Shown here: positions 1 through 10,938 of the stretch, piece after piece
Layout of the letters: every line of letters begins with the position of its first letter
How positions within the stretch are numbered: the first letter of the stretch is position 1
Assembly (NCBI GenBank): GCA_965153285.1
Contig: OZ229111.1
Origin: Podarcis tiliguerta
Taxonomy: Eukaryota
DNA: 64,000 bases
Strand: one strand, 5' to 3'
The notes under the pieces: model-generated
What the model was told of the DNA's origin: nothing
Seen by the model: only the letters and a program-made list of their open reading frames with translations
The model's database searches: none
Position numbers and translations under genes: made by a program

Positions 1-794
1 GAAATGCCTGGGACCCACCTGTTTTCTGAAAGCTGCCTTCTGAGAAACCATACATGAATTACTAATAGTGGAGCATTTGTGGCAGCTCTGTTTTTGCAGC
101 ATATGGGAAACAACATCTAGACAGGTTTGTCTGGAAACAAAAGACCTTCTAGACCTAATACACAGTAGTGATCTAGCAGGCACATGCATTTTGGTTAGTA
201 GGGCCATTCCTTAAAAGATCCATATTCTAAAAATGGCAGAGAGGGTTTCTGCATTTTCTGACTTGCAAAGTTCTCTTTGCCTTAATAGCCTCTATACTAT
301 TATATAGAAGTCTTATAGCTCATTACTAGCATGTACTTACTTTCTACTACTGCTGTCAAGTACTTTCATTATGAATGAGCTTCTGTGCTTGCTTTTGGAA
401 TTAGAGTTGTCTGGCATTAAAAATATAGACAATGGTTCGGGCAATGGCTTTGATCAAGAGTTCCCCTTTGCAGGAAGGGCAGGAGTGGTGACTTTCACTA
501 CATTTGTCCTTAGCATCAGGGCCAGGAGAGGTGGCGGGAGCATTAAAGTGGTGTGTGGTCTTGGGAATGGACTAAAGGGCAGCCAATGAACTGAAGCTCA
601 GTTCCAAAAAAGTGGAGTTTTGTAGGCGGTTCCCAGGTTCAGAGAGTTGGCGTTCAGCCTGTTCCCCCTAAAGGGAAAAGTTTCATAATTCAGGGACCCA
701 AGTCTCCTCAGTAGCATGGAGTGTCTTTTAACAGTTGAGTCTGATATGCCAACTTCAGCTTCTCCTAGAAAGGGACAGTCTGGACGCACTTATC

Positions 795-1230
795 CATGGT
801 CTGATAGCTTATTGGACTGATTAAACTAGCGCAATGCATTGTAGGTGTGGCTGTCCTTGAAAATGGTTTATTACCTGTAGCTAGTGCAGAATGTGGCTAT
901 AAAACTTTTACCTGGTACAGGTTACTGGGAACATTCCTCACCAGTATCGCAGAGAACTTCACTGACTGCTAGTTTATCTCCAACATGACCATTCAATGTT
1001 ACAGTTTAAGGCTCAAAATGGCTTGGGCCTCGGGTATTTTATGGATCACCTTTGATTCATATCAACCTGCCTAGATAGCAAAATAATCTGTCCACTGGAG
1101 GCAAGGTTTGTGGTGTTCAAGAAAGGGGTGTTTTAGTTGTGCACCCCATCAGTGAAGTTTTCTCCCAGAGGGACCCACCTGACACTTTTGCTGTTTAGGT
1201 GTCGGGCAACACCTCTCTGTTGTGTTTAAT
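795..1230 (+). mobile_element. Highly degraded L2-type LINE 3' fragment
   Basis: Remnants of the RLDYCNAL..LQLVQN..LHWLP..FKA.NGLGP.YL coding pattern. Boundaries approximate. Confidence 0.55.
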
Positions 1231-1270
1231 TAGCATTCCATTTTTATGCTGATTGTATTTTATATTCATA

Positions 1271-1506
1271 CAGTGGTACCTCTAATTGCGGACTTAATCC
1301 GTTTCAGGGTGCAAAAAGTCCTCAACTAGAGCGCCACTTCTGCGCATGTGCACGGCGTAATCAAGTGCTTCTGCACGTGTGCAAAGCGTGCAGATCGCTT
1401 CTGCCTATGTTCGGGGGGTGAACCTGGAAGTAAACACTTCCAGGTTTGCCGCGTTCATAAGCTGAAAGTCTGTAACAAGAGCAGAAAGCAACACGAGGTA
1501 TGACTG
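1271..1506. mobile_element. Tc1/mariner-type MITE
   Basis: TA|CAGTGGTACCTC ... GAGGTATGACTG|TA: terminal inverted repeats with TA TSD. Confidence 0.8.
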
Positions 1507-1542
1507 TATTGCATTTTTAAAAATGTAAACCAACCTAGAACC

Positions 1543-1925
1543 AGGCCGCGGGTGGCACTGTGGTCTAAACCACTGAGCCTTGGGGTTGCTGATCAAAAGG
1601 TCGGTGGTTCAAATCTCCACTACGGGGTGAGCTCCTGTTGCTCAGTCCCAGCTCCTGCCAACCTAGCAGTTCGAAAGTAGGCCAAAAAGTGCAAGTAGAT
1701 TAATAGGTACCGCTCTGGTGGGAAAGTAAATGGTGTTTCCATGCACTGCTCTGGTTTCAGTGTTCCGTTGCACTAGAAACAGCTTAGTCATGCTGGCCAC
1801 ATGACCCCAAAAAATTGCCTGCGGAGCAGACAAACGCCAGCTCCCTCGGCCTGTAAAGTGAGATGAACACCACAACCCCAGAGTCTGGACTTAACTGTCA
1901 GGGGTCCCTTTACCCTTTACCTTTT
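1543..1925 (+). mobile_element. Sauria SINE
   Basis: tRNA-like head GGGTGGCACTGTGG..GGTTCAAATC, core CCTGCCAACCTAGCAGTTCGAAAG, (ACCTTT) tail. TSD AACCTAGAACC/AACCTAGGACC. Confidence 0.9.
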
Positions 1926-2716
1926 AACCTAGGACCTCCCCCATTCCCCAATAATGTGTGGTATATACTATACATTCTCTAAATAAAGAAATAAGGGCAA
2001 CTCCTTCCAACAAGATACATCTTTACACACAAATGAAGGCAAGCAGAATGTGTTCTTCTGTCATCCCTTTGAAAAAGGCATTTGAAAACCATCTGAGACT
2101 CCAAGGTTCATTTAGAAGTATGCTTAAACCAAGGCCGCTCGAATCTGCTAATCCCTGAAGGCCACCCAAAGATGTGGAAGTGAAATCTGCCAATTTGAGG
2201 CTCAGACTATTTTTGACCACCACCATCAAGAGGTGTTAGATGAACGTGTTCCAACTGCCTTTGCTTTATTTGTATAAAAATATATATTCCCTTGATGAAT
2301 TCTCAGAGGGGTTTAGGCAGGCCCTCCATGCTGGGTAACGGCTGGTGCACTGTGCTGCATATGTATCCATTAGAGCAGGGCTGGCTAATTTTGTAAGACT
2401 AACAACTGACCTATAGTCAACCCTTCAAGAACTGCATGTCAACATGAGCATAGTCAAATTGTCAACATGGACTTCCCTATTTGCCTGTCTATATTAATGA
2501 AAATATTTATTACATTTAGTTTAAAACTTTAATTTTCATATTTTAAATAAAGGACTTTTTTGAAGAGAGGGAGGCCACATGAACCGCCACCGCCACATTA
2601 AATTTTGTAATTGAAACATTGGGGGGAGGATCCTTTTGACATCACAGTGGAGAACCTACAGGAGCAATCATGGTTAAAAGGGGGATTAATGCCCATGTGA
2701 TTGTGCACAGTAATAT

Positions 2717-3094
2717 GGGACACGGGTGGCGCTGTGGTCTAAACCACTGAGCCTCTTGGGCTTGCCGATCAGGTCGGCAGTTCGCATCCCCGCAACAGGG
2801 TGAGCACCCGTTGCTCGGTCCCAGCTCCTGCCAACCTAGCAATTCGAAAGCATTCCAGTGCAAGTAGATAAATAGGTACTGCTGTGGTGGGAAGGTAAAC
2901 AGCATTTCTGTGCGCTCTGGCTTCTGTCACAGTGTTGTGTTGCACCAGAAACAGTTTAATCATGCTGACCACATGACCTGGAAAGCTCTCTGTGGACAAA
3001 CACTGGCTCCCTTGGCCTGAAAGCAAGATGAGCGCCACACCCCATAGTTGCCTTTGACTGGACTTCACTGTCCATGGGTCCTTTACCTTACTTT
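2717..3094 (+). mobile_element. Sauria SINE followed by (TAG)/(TAA)n
   Basis: Same head, core and tail as the other copies. Microsatellite at 3099-3135. Confidence 0.9.
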
Positions 3095-3169
3095 TAAATA
3101 GTAGTAGTAGTAATAATAATAATAATAATAATAATGTGTTGTATTTGGCCATGGTACTTAGGAAGGACC

Positions 3170-3360
3170 ATCTAAAGCTGCCTTATACTCAGCCAGGCCA
3201 CTGGTCCATTGGTCAAGCTTAGCACTGCCTACACAAACTAGCAGCGGCTCTCCTGGGTTTTGGACAGGAGTCCTTCCCAGGTTACCTTGAGAGACCTGGA
3301 TTGAACCTGGGACCTTTTCATGCAAATGTGCACTCTGTCAATGATCTATGGTCCTTCCCA
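3170..3360 (-). mobile_element. Degenerate tRNA-derived SINE (Squam3-like)
   Basis: Reverse complement reads GGGAAGGACCATAG..GCATGAAAAGGTCCCAGGTTCAATCC (A/B-box head). Related copies at ~34308 and ~44960. Confidence 0.6.
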
Positions 3361-4200
3361 CTATTTCATATTAGCAGGCCTGAGCCACACGTGTATCAAC
3401 ACTGTAAATTCTTCCACTGAGTCCTGGCCTTTTCTCATCTGTTACATTTAATTGTTTGAGAGAATTAATTTAACACTTCAAGAGAGGGGGAAATTAAGCA
3501 TTTCTTTAAAAATAAAATAAAAAATAAAATATCCAAATATGAGGGGCATTATCACTGGACATATTATGAAGCCGATGTCAAAACAAACACATTTCTAGTT
3601 AGAAATCTTGACATGTAATTCAGCCAAAACAAAACAAAATCCGGTTTGAATGATTGCTAAATTTTAGAAAACTGTTAGTAGTCCTGATGAGATTGAATGG
3701 CAGTGTAAATATTAATGCACAAGCAATTGTAGTATAAACACTTGCTAGTTTACTATAGGTCACATTGCTAGTTGTATGTGTGTGTGCTGGAAATGTAATT
3801 TGCCTTACTTTTTATATTGTTAGGGGTGATTTCAGATGTGGCCGAAACCCCTGATGTTGTTATGGTTAGCATTTGAGTATTTAGGATCCGTCACTGTCTA
3901 AACCGCAAATAGAAGGCCATTTTCTTCAGATTTGAAATAAAGCCATTGATTTACAGAGATGGTGCCTGGATAATGATGTCATTTAAAATCTGAGGCAAAT
4001 CTGGTTATAGATCCAGACTGACTTCCCTAAAAATTCTTTTGTTTTCAACCAGAAGGTTTTAGTTCAGACTGACTAGCTATATGAATAATGATCAATTTAT
4101 ATTTTCAGAAATCATGCTCTCTTTTTTTCCTCCTTCCCAGTTGGCAAGCCAGACACATAAAGGACACTGGTGGCAATTTATCAAAATACTGGGCCTTTTA

Positions 4201-4241
<41 letters not shown>

Positions 4242-4288
4242 GGTTTTGGTGTCCTCGGGTGTCTTCCCGTGTAAAAGTTGGGGTGTCT

Positions 4289-4330
4289 AGGCGACGTTTC
4301 GACGAGGTCTCACTCGTCATCTTCAGGCTG
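4289..4330 (-). ncRNA. Mirror copy of the hammerhead motif on the minus strand
   Basis: gacgtttcgacgaggtctcactcgtcatcttcag (4293-4326) is the reverse complement of 5115-5148. Confidence 0.7.
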
Positions 4331-5110
4331 GTGCTTTCGGCTTCTTGTTACTGGAACAGAGCAGGATCTCAGTGTTTGAGTTCCTATAAATACTGTTGAG
4401 GAGGTGTGGTGTATAGCCTCCAATGTTCTGGGCAGAGAGGAGGTTCCCAGGCTAGTGTGCCTTTTCTTCTTTTGTTCCTTAATTACTTGAGGGATATCTT
4501 GAGTGATTTCTTGAGTGATTTCCTGAATCCCACTTAGGTGGGTCATTAGGTGTGGATTAGTTGCTAGAGCCTTCGTGTCTTGAACTCTTGAACTTTGTGA
4601 AGAGTTTTTCTGAGAAGATGGCTGTACTGCACTTGGTTGTGCTCTGGCTTGGCTTCGTGTATAGGGGCGAGCTGTGGTTTTGTGGCCTGTGCCAGCCAGA
4701 TCTGTGTAGGGATTGCAGGGGGGTGCAGCATCTACACAGATCTGGCTGGCACAGGCCACAAAACCACAGCTCGCCCCTATACACGAAGCCAAGCCAGAGC
4801 ACAACCAAGTGCAGTACAGCCATCTTCTCAGAAAAACTCTTCACAAAGTTCAAGAGTTCAAGACACGAAGGCTCTAGCAACTAATCCACACCTAATGACC
4901 CACCTAAGTGGGATTCAGGAAATCACTCAAGAAATCACTCAAGATATCCCTCAAGTAATTAAGGAACAAAAGAAGAAAAGGCACACTAGCCTGGGAACCT
5001 CCTCTCTGCCCAGAACATTGGAGGCTATACACCACACCTCCTCAACAGTATTTATAGGAACTCAAACACTGAGATCCTGCTCTGTTCCAGTAACAAGAAG
5101 CCGAAAGCAC

Positions 5111-5152
5111 CAGCCTGAAGATGACGAGTGAGACCTCGTCGAAACGTCGCCT
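5111..5152 (+). ncRNA. Minimal type I hammerhead ribozyme motif (PLE-type)
   Basis: CTGAAGA core 5115-5121, extra T, stem II GACGAG/CTCGTC (5123-5128/5135-5140), GAAA 5141-5144, then C-G-T-C (loopless stem III, GUC triplet, predicted cut after 5148). Stem I is weak (2 clear base pairs). Confidence 0.7.
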
Positions 5153-5873
5153 AGACACCCCAACTTTTACACGGGAAGACACCCGAGGACACCAAAACCT
5201 GCATTCCTGTACCCGTGAAAATCTACGAAAGCATATATATATATATATATATATATATAAAGAGATTAAAAACAGACTGAAAAGTTCTATACCGGTTTCA
5301 TCTAGCACAACGCTTAAGATATCAGGGGAACTGGGGGCCAGTTAAATAGATTCCAGGTGAATATTCAGTACCTGACTATTTGAGTAATGCTCTGTTCACA
5401 CTGTCAGTTAGCAATAGTAGGTTATAATCCAGAACCAGAGTGGAAGATGTTTATCATGGTGTATCATGAGGGAAACAAGCCAAGCACCTGACACCCCCCT
5501 CCCCAATTCTCATGCTTCCTTCTTTCTTCCAGTGCAGCCACAATGAGAGGTTCAGAAGATTTCACTACTGTTTTTAATTTACTGTGTTTCACCATGTTAT
5601 CTAAATCTGACAAACTGTGTTTAAACTGTGTTTTTAAAAAACAAGACAATTTCAAACCATGGTTTAGGAAGCTGACTTTATTCAACCATAGTTAAGATTA
5701 ACCACAGTTTAGGGTTCAATTGTAATGCTAAATTGTGGATAACTGGATTGGAAGTAAAACCTTCCAATTTCCTCCTCGAGGCCACAGCAAAGGGAAAGAG
5801 GGGGAGAAAGTGTATGAACTGCAGGGGGAGGCTAGGCATGCTCACTTCTCACATAATAAACCATGGTTTATCA

Positions 5874-6340
5874 CAGGGGTCTGCAACCTTTAAGACAAAA
5901 AGAGCCACTTGGACCCGTTTCCAAAGAAAAATAACTGGGAGCCGCAAAACTCGTCATTATATAAATAACTTTTTTGTCCCTTTTTTATTATTTCTTTGTT
6001 TGACCCCTCAGAATTACTCCTCCTCATAGAAATAAATGTTAAATTAACAAGTTACCTTTTTTTTTGTGTGTGTGTTCTTCACTCCCCTTCAAAACAGTGA
6101 CCAGCGTACATGCCCCTTACAATGTAGCGGGCGGGCGGGCGGGAAGGTGACGTCGGGACGGTGTGTGACTAACGCACGCACCGCCCCCATGCGACGTCAC
6201 AGCCAGTACAGCGCCCGCCACAGTGGGGAGTGTCGGGGCGCACAATGCGCCTCCTCCCCTCGCTAGTATCCGCCCCGGAGCTGCGGCAAAGGTGTAAAAG
6301 AGCCACATGCGGCTCCGGAGCCGCGGGTTGCAGACCCCTG
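5874..6340. mobile_element. Non-autonomous hAT DNA transposon
   Basis: TIRs CAGGGGTCTGCAACC / GGTTGCAGACCCCTG. Perfect 8-bp TSD GTTTATCA (5866-5873, 6341-6348). CpG-rich interior suggests a young copy. Confidence 0.9.
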
Positions 6341-7744
6341 GTTTATCATGATGCCCTAATACAGAAGTCTGTGTAAATTTTTGCCATTGAAACAATTTCT
6401 TTAGAAAGCATTTTTTATGTGTTGTTGCTAAAATAATAACAACAGACAGGGTTAAATGTCTGGGGAAATCCGGATGTATGGCAACCCATTTTGGAAGTAG
6501 ATTTTGGTGAATTTCCTTAAAAATAACTTAGAAACTTCTTCTTTTGAGATCTTGCAAAAAAAAGATGAACAGCTTTGGACTAAACTTAAAACAGTTCAAC
6601 AACTTTTGTTTCCGGATTTTCAACCCTAACATCAGAGGAAAACTGAAATTTAGCAAACTGGTATTCCAATCTTTTAATATTCCAGTCTTTACATAGTTTG
6701 CAATGAGGATTCAAACTGCATTTGAAATAAGGAACAGAATATTCTAACTGTGGTGCCTGAATAGATTGTGCCATTGATTCAATTGGGCTTAAGATCAAGC
6801 AATACTTTTAGAAATGAACCAAGTAGCCCAGAAAGGAAATGAGGCCACATTCTCAAAAGAGAGAGAAATAAATGGATTCCCCCCCCCCATTTCGTTTAAC
6901 ACTAACTCTGATTTCCTCTCTCTCTTCCCCCAACCCCCACTCAACTACACTATCGTTGTCACAGTGATATATTCGTAATCAAGGTGGCTTAATCCTTATT
7001 CATTTCCATGTGTGCCTCTTTGTAGCTTGACACCTCACCTGTCCTGGGGCCAAGGAAAGTGAACATTACGATTAGGGTAGCAGTTCTAACCCTCTGGGAG
7101 GAACTGTCCCAATCACCCTGCCCAGTCCTTTCATTCTGTAGATTACATCTTGTACCAACAGTTTGTGTGTGGGAAAAATCAAATATGTCAACTGCTCCTC
7201 CGAGGACCACGCACTCTATGCAAGGTGCCCAATCACAGAAGTCCATGCTTTTGACCTTTGAACCTGCTGAGCATAATTAATTGGAGGCCAGTTTAAAGAA
7301 AACCATTGCCTCCAGCGGGTACCTGCTGTCATTATTCAGTCCTCCACATCAAGCATCAGCATTAGAATAATCACTGACATGCCAGAGCAGTGAAAGAAAC
7401 CTGTTGTTAAAAGGCTTAATAAGGCTGCTTATTAACTCAGATATGCTCCAGTTTCTTGCAATGTTTCTTAAGGGAGCTATTCCAAGCCCCCCACAAATTG
7501 AAAAGGTAAAAGATACCAGCGTGTCCTTAAACTTTTCAAGAAGGGTTGACAGAAAGCCCCGGAATGACATTCCAGAGGAGCTTCAAGCATCACAATGTTA
7601 CCAAATAAATTAAAGAAACTGCTATGCCTGAATGATTCCTAACAGACTAGAAAGATGTGATAAAGTAAATGGAATTCTCAAACTATTAGCGCATCATCTG
7701 CGTCAGATTTTACAAGTGCCCAGCATGATTTGTCCTGGGAAATA

Positions 7745-8217
7745 ATGTGAGATCCCTGCTAGATCAGGCCAAGGGCCCATCTAAGTCTAGTGTCCTAGTC
7801 TCACAGCAGACAACCAGGTACCTGTGTGATGCTCACAAGCAGGACATGAGCACATTGGCACTCCCTGACTTATGGGCATCTGCAGGGCAGGACGGGTCAG
7901 GGCGCGCCAGAATCCCAGTGCCCGAGCCACGTTCCACTCCGGCATCCTGCAGGCCCAAGTTGCTTTTTTGAGCAGCGCAGAGCCTTCAGGGAGTCTACCC
8001 ACTGCCTGCCCCTCAGCTGTAGGGTGTCTGAAGGGGAGGAAGCGGGCAGAAGTAAGCCTTACGCTGCCGTTTCAGGCAGCGTGGAGCCTGCAGGTGTCCG
8101 AGCCGCTGCACCACTCCCAGGAGAGAAATGTGGCTCAGGAGTGCTGCAGGCCCCATGATAAGTGCCGTCCCCCATGGTGTGGCGCCCAGTCCCCCCCCCC
8201 CCCCAGCTACGCCTCTG
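7745..8217. mobile_element. CR1-type 3' tail (minus, ~7745-7870) adjoining a GC-rich DNA-transposon fragment ending CTACGCCTCTG
   Basis: GATCAGGCCAAGGGCCCATCTA..CACAAGCAGGAC motif shared with 48085-48270. GC-rich block with an hAT-like terminus at 8207-8217. Confidence 0.45.
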
Positions 8218-8247
8218 CCCATTTGGACATTTTGCATTAAGCACTTG

Positions 8248-8491
8248 TGTTATGTACTAAGCTTGGATCCTAGAACAATAGGCAGGTAGGATCCTAGAAT
8301 GCAACATCTGATTGGCTTGCAGGAGGGAAGACCAATCAGGCTCCAGGAGGGAAGCAGAATCAGCCAATCAGATGGGACTCATTGTGTAAATAATGTACAT
8401 AAAGGCCTGAGGTTTGGGGGGAAATTCAATCACTGTTTTACAAGCTGCAATAAAGAGCATGAAATCACTGCAGGACTCCCAGTATATTTCA
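8248..8491 (+). mobile_element. Solo LTR
   Basis: TGTTATG...TATTTCA termini, repeated CCAATCA boxes, AATAAA near 8449, 5-bp TSD ACTTG/CCTTG. Confidence 0.7.
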
Positions 8492-9822
8492 CCTTGGAAC
8501 AGAGTAATTTTAAAGTGCCTAGGTTTTAATTCTTTTCCTCTATCTGTGGGTTGATTCTGAAAGCAATGGGGCCAGCGCCAACATGGTGGTCAGGGAGCCT
8601 AGCCCAACGGCTTTTGTAGCTGTATTGTCTTTTGCCTCGCTTGCTGGGGGCCATCTTTCACCATTCTGAAAAGAAAAACAGCCAAACCTTTGTAATAGTT
8701 TCTTTACAGAACATTTTAAACAGGGCCTATTGAATGAACTGCTTTCATAATGGCTAATCTAAGCTAAATCCCCTTGCAAAATTGCATATAGCAGCACAGT
8801 AAATAACAGCATATACTTAACAGGTTGCAGAAAGGTTTTGGCAATAACTCAGAACATCTTCAGCATGATTAAAAGTTCAGAACAGTCAGCATGAGGGTAT
8901 CATGTGCTATTGTTATTTTTGCTTAAAATAATTGTACACTGGCAAGCACATTAAAGGCTCCCTTTTCTAAGCTAGGGACTTTATTGTTGAAGGCTTCCGC
9001 AGTACTATGACTTAAAGCATTTCAAATTCAAGCTATAATTTAAGAATGATTTAAGCACCTTGTTCCAGTTTCGAAACAAAGGTTTCTTCTATTATTTCTT
9101 TGGGTAGTGAAATACCACTTAGAAAGTATCGTGTAAGAGAAATAATAATTTATTATGCTTTTTATGAGCAGCATGCTGTGATTCTATCAGTCTTTCATAC
9201 AGCGGTTCAACAGCTTCCTGTTGCTGACTTGCTAGCAGGTATTTTGAAGACTGAATGGCTTGATGTTATCAAACTGTAGTGCAGAGCTGTGCGTGTTGTG
9301 ACTGATTTGATTTACTGAAGCGCCATATTCTGGCTTCAGTGCTGAGAGAAATAATCTTCATTTTTCAGGCAGCAAACTAAAAGAAGTTGTCAGTCTAAGA
9401 TCAACAATGAAAGCAGATATTGTGCAAAGGAAATGTAAGTTTTGCCCCGCTGTTTTGTCTGATAATTCTCATGTTTTGTCTAATGCACGGTAGGTCTCTT
9501 AAAAGCAGACTATAATATATTTGGTGATGTGTACCTTAGCCATTAGACAGTTGACAGATTTGTCTTTGGACAATTCTTGATTGCCACTTTGTCACTATTC
9601 TCATGTTGAGTGGCCATGTGTCCTACTTTACAAAGGGCAAGCCTCTATTTTAAGGGGTCCTCTGTCTGAAGGACTGTCCAGTCCACATCAGGTTTAAATA
9701 GTCCAACACTTGTAACAGCTACACCACGGTGGCAGATTGGCGGGTGGGAGGAGTTCATGTATCAAACACCATGACAGATAGACAAATTCCTCCAACCATT
9801 GCATAGAAAGTTTCACTTATAC

Positions 9823-9959
9823 CAGGCATAGGCAAACTCGGCCCTCCAGATGTTTTTGGGACTACAACTCCCATGATCCCTAGCTAACAGGACCAGTGGT
9901 CAGGGATGATGGGAGTTGTAGTCCCAAGACGTCTGGGGGGTCGAGTTTGCCTATGCCTG
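9823..9959. mobile_element. Palindromic hAT-type MITE
   Basis: TIRs CAGGCATAGGCAAACTCG / CGAGTTTGCCTATGCCTG, internal GGGACTACAACTCCCAT inverted pair, 8-bp TSD ACTTATAC/ACTTACAC. Degenerate relatives near 25010, 52200, 56330 and 63550. Confidence 0.85.
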
Positions 9960-10209
9960 ACTTACACCATTAACCATAGAGCCACCATGTATTGACCAAA
10001 CAACAGGGGAATGCTATCAACTTCACATTTATCTGAGCTCCCTATAACATCTGACTGGTTCAAATTCAAGCAACCTGTACATATAATGAAGAATCAGGTG
10101 TCCTACTTACTGAACTATATTTAGAGTCTGTGAAGGTAAAAAAAAGTCTGTATTTGCAAAGATCTTGGACAGGGAAATCTAGCCCTTCACCACGGATTCC
10201 CTTGGAAGG

Positions 10210-10300
10210 TAGCTCCCTCAACCATTCCTCACACAGCTTGGTTTCCAGACCCTTTATCATCTTGGTAGCCCTCCTCAGCACACATCCCACCTTGTCAAGT
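10210..10300 (-). mobile_element. CR1 LINE ORF2 fragment
   Basis: Translates RRATKMIKGLETKLCEEWLREL, typical of the CR1 ORF2 C-terminus. Confidence 0.75.
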
Positions 10301-10582
10301 ATAAATAAAATAAAATAAAAATCCAGAAGCAACATGTCACCCTTCCTCAAACTGGATGATGCAGATCCACCAGGAGTTATGTGTTCATTATTGTGGATCC
10401 AATTTTATAGAACTCCCCTTTCAGTTGAAGTCAAGACAGGCCCCTTCCCTGTTGAACCATTTCTGCTTACTAAATATTAAATACTTTTTTCATTCCAGCA
10501 GGTATTTTAAGTGAATTCCAATTTTATAGTTTTAACTCATCTTTATTTTTATTCTATTAAGTGTCTTGTACACCACTTAAAG

Positions 10583-10938
10583 GGGAAGCAGGTGGCGCTG
10601 TGGGTTAAACCACAGAGCCTAGGACTTGCCAATCAGAAGGTTGGCGGTTCGAATCCCTGCGACGGGGTGAGCTCCCGTTGCTCGGTCCCAGCTCCTGCCA
10701 ACCTAGCAGTTTGAAAGCACGTCAAAGTGCAAGTAGATAAATAGGTATCACTCCGGCAGGCAGGTAAACGGCGTTTCCGTGTGCTGCTCTGGTTCACCAG
10801 AAGCGGCTTAGTCATGCTGGCCACATGACCCGGAAGCTGTACGCTGGCTCCCTCGGCCAATAAAGCGAGATGAGCACCGCAACCCCAGAGTCGGTCAAGA
10901 CTGGACCTAATGGTCAGTGGTCCCTTTACCTTTACCTT
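10583..10938 (+). mobile_element. Sauria SINE
   Basis: Full head, core and tail. 14-bp TSD TACACCACTTAAAG/TACACCGCTTAAAG. Confidence 0.92.

Larger units (their letters stand above)
4237..5233. mobile_element. Penelope-like retroelement (PLE) remnant: two inverted copies of the 3' end/pseudo-LTR forming a 968-bp palindrome, plus a 29-nt one-sided tail, inserted in (TA)n
   Basis: Arms 4237-4709 and 4732-5204 are reverse complements (mirror coordinates sum to 9441). Spacer is 22 nt. Only the right arm continues (5205-5233). (TA)n lies on both sides. Each arm has a CTGAAGA..GAAAC hammerhead motif typical of PLE pseudo-LTRs. Confidence 0.8.

Noticed and set aside
4310-5131. Four long overlapping ORFs on both strands as an antisense gene pair
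   Set aside because: They are mirror images produced by the palindrome, and their N-terminal parts are read from the antisense arm. They are not independent genes.
5950-6340. CpG island or promoter (also 7880-8220 and 16340-16680)
   Set aside because: The first lies inside a TIR/TSD-bounded hAT element. The others look like GC-rich DNA-transposon interiors with no linked exon.
10583-10680. tRNA genes at GGTTCGAATCCC motifs
   Set aside because: These are tRNA-derived heads of SINEs, followed by SINE body, tail and TSD.
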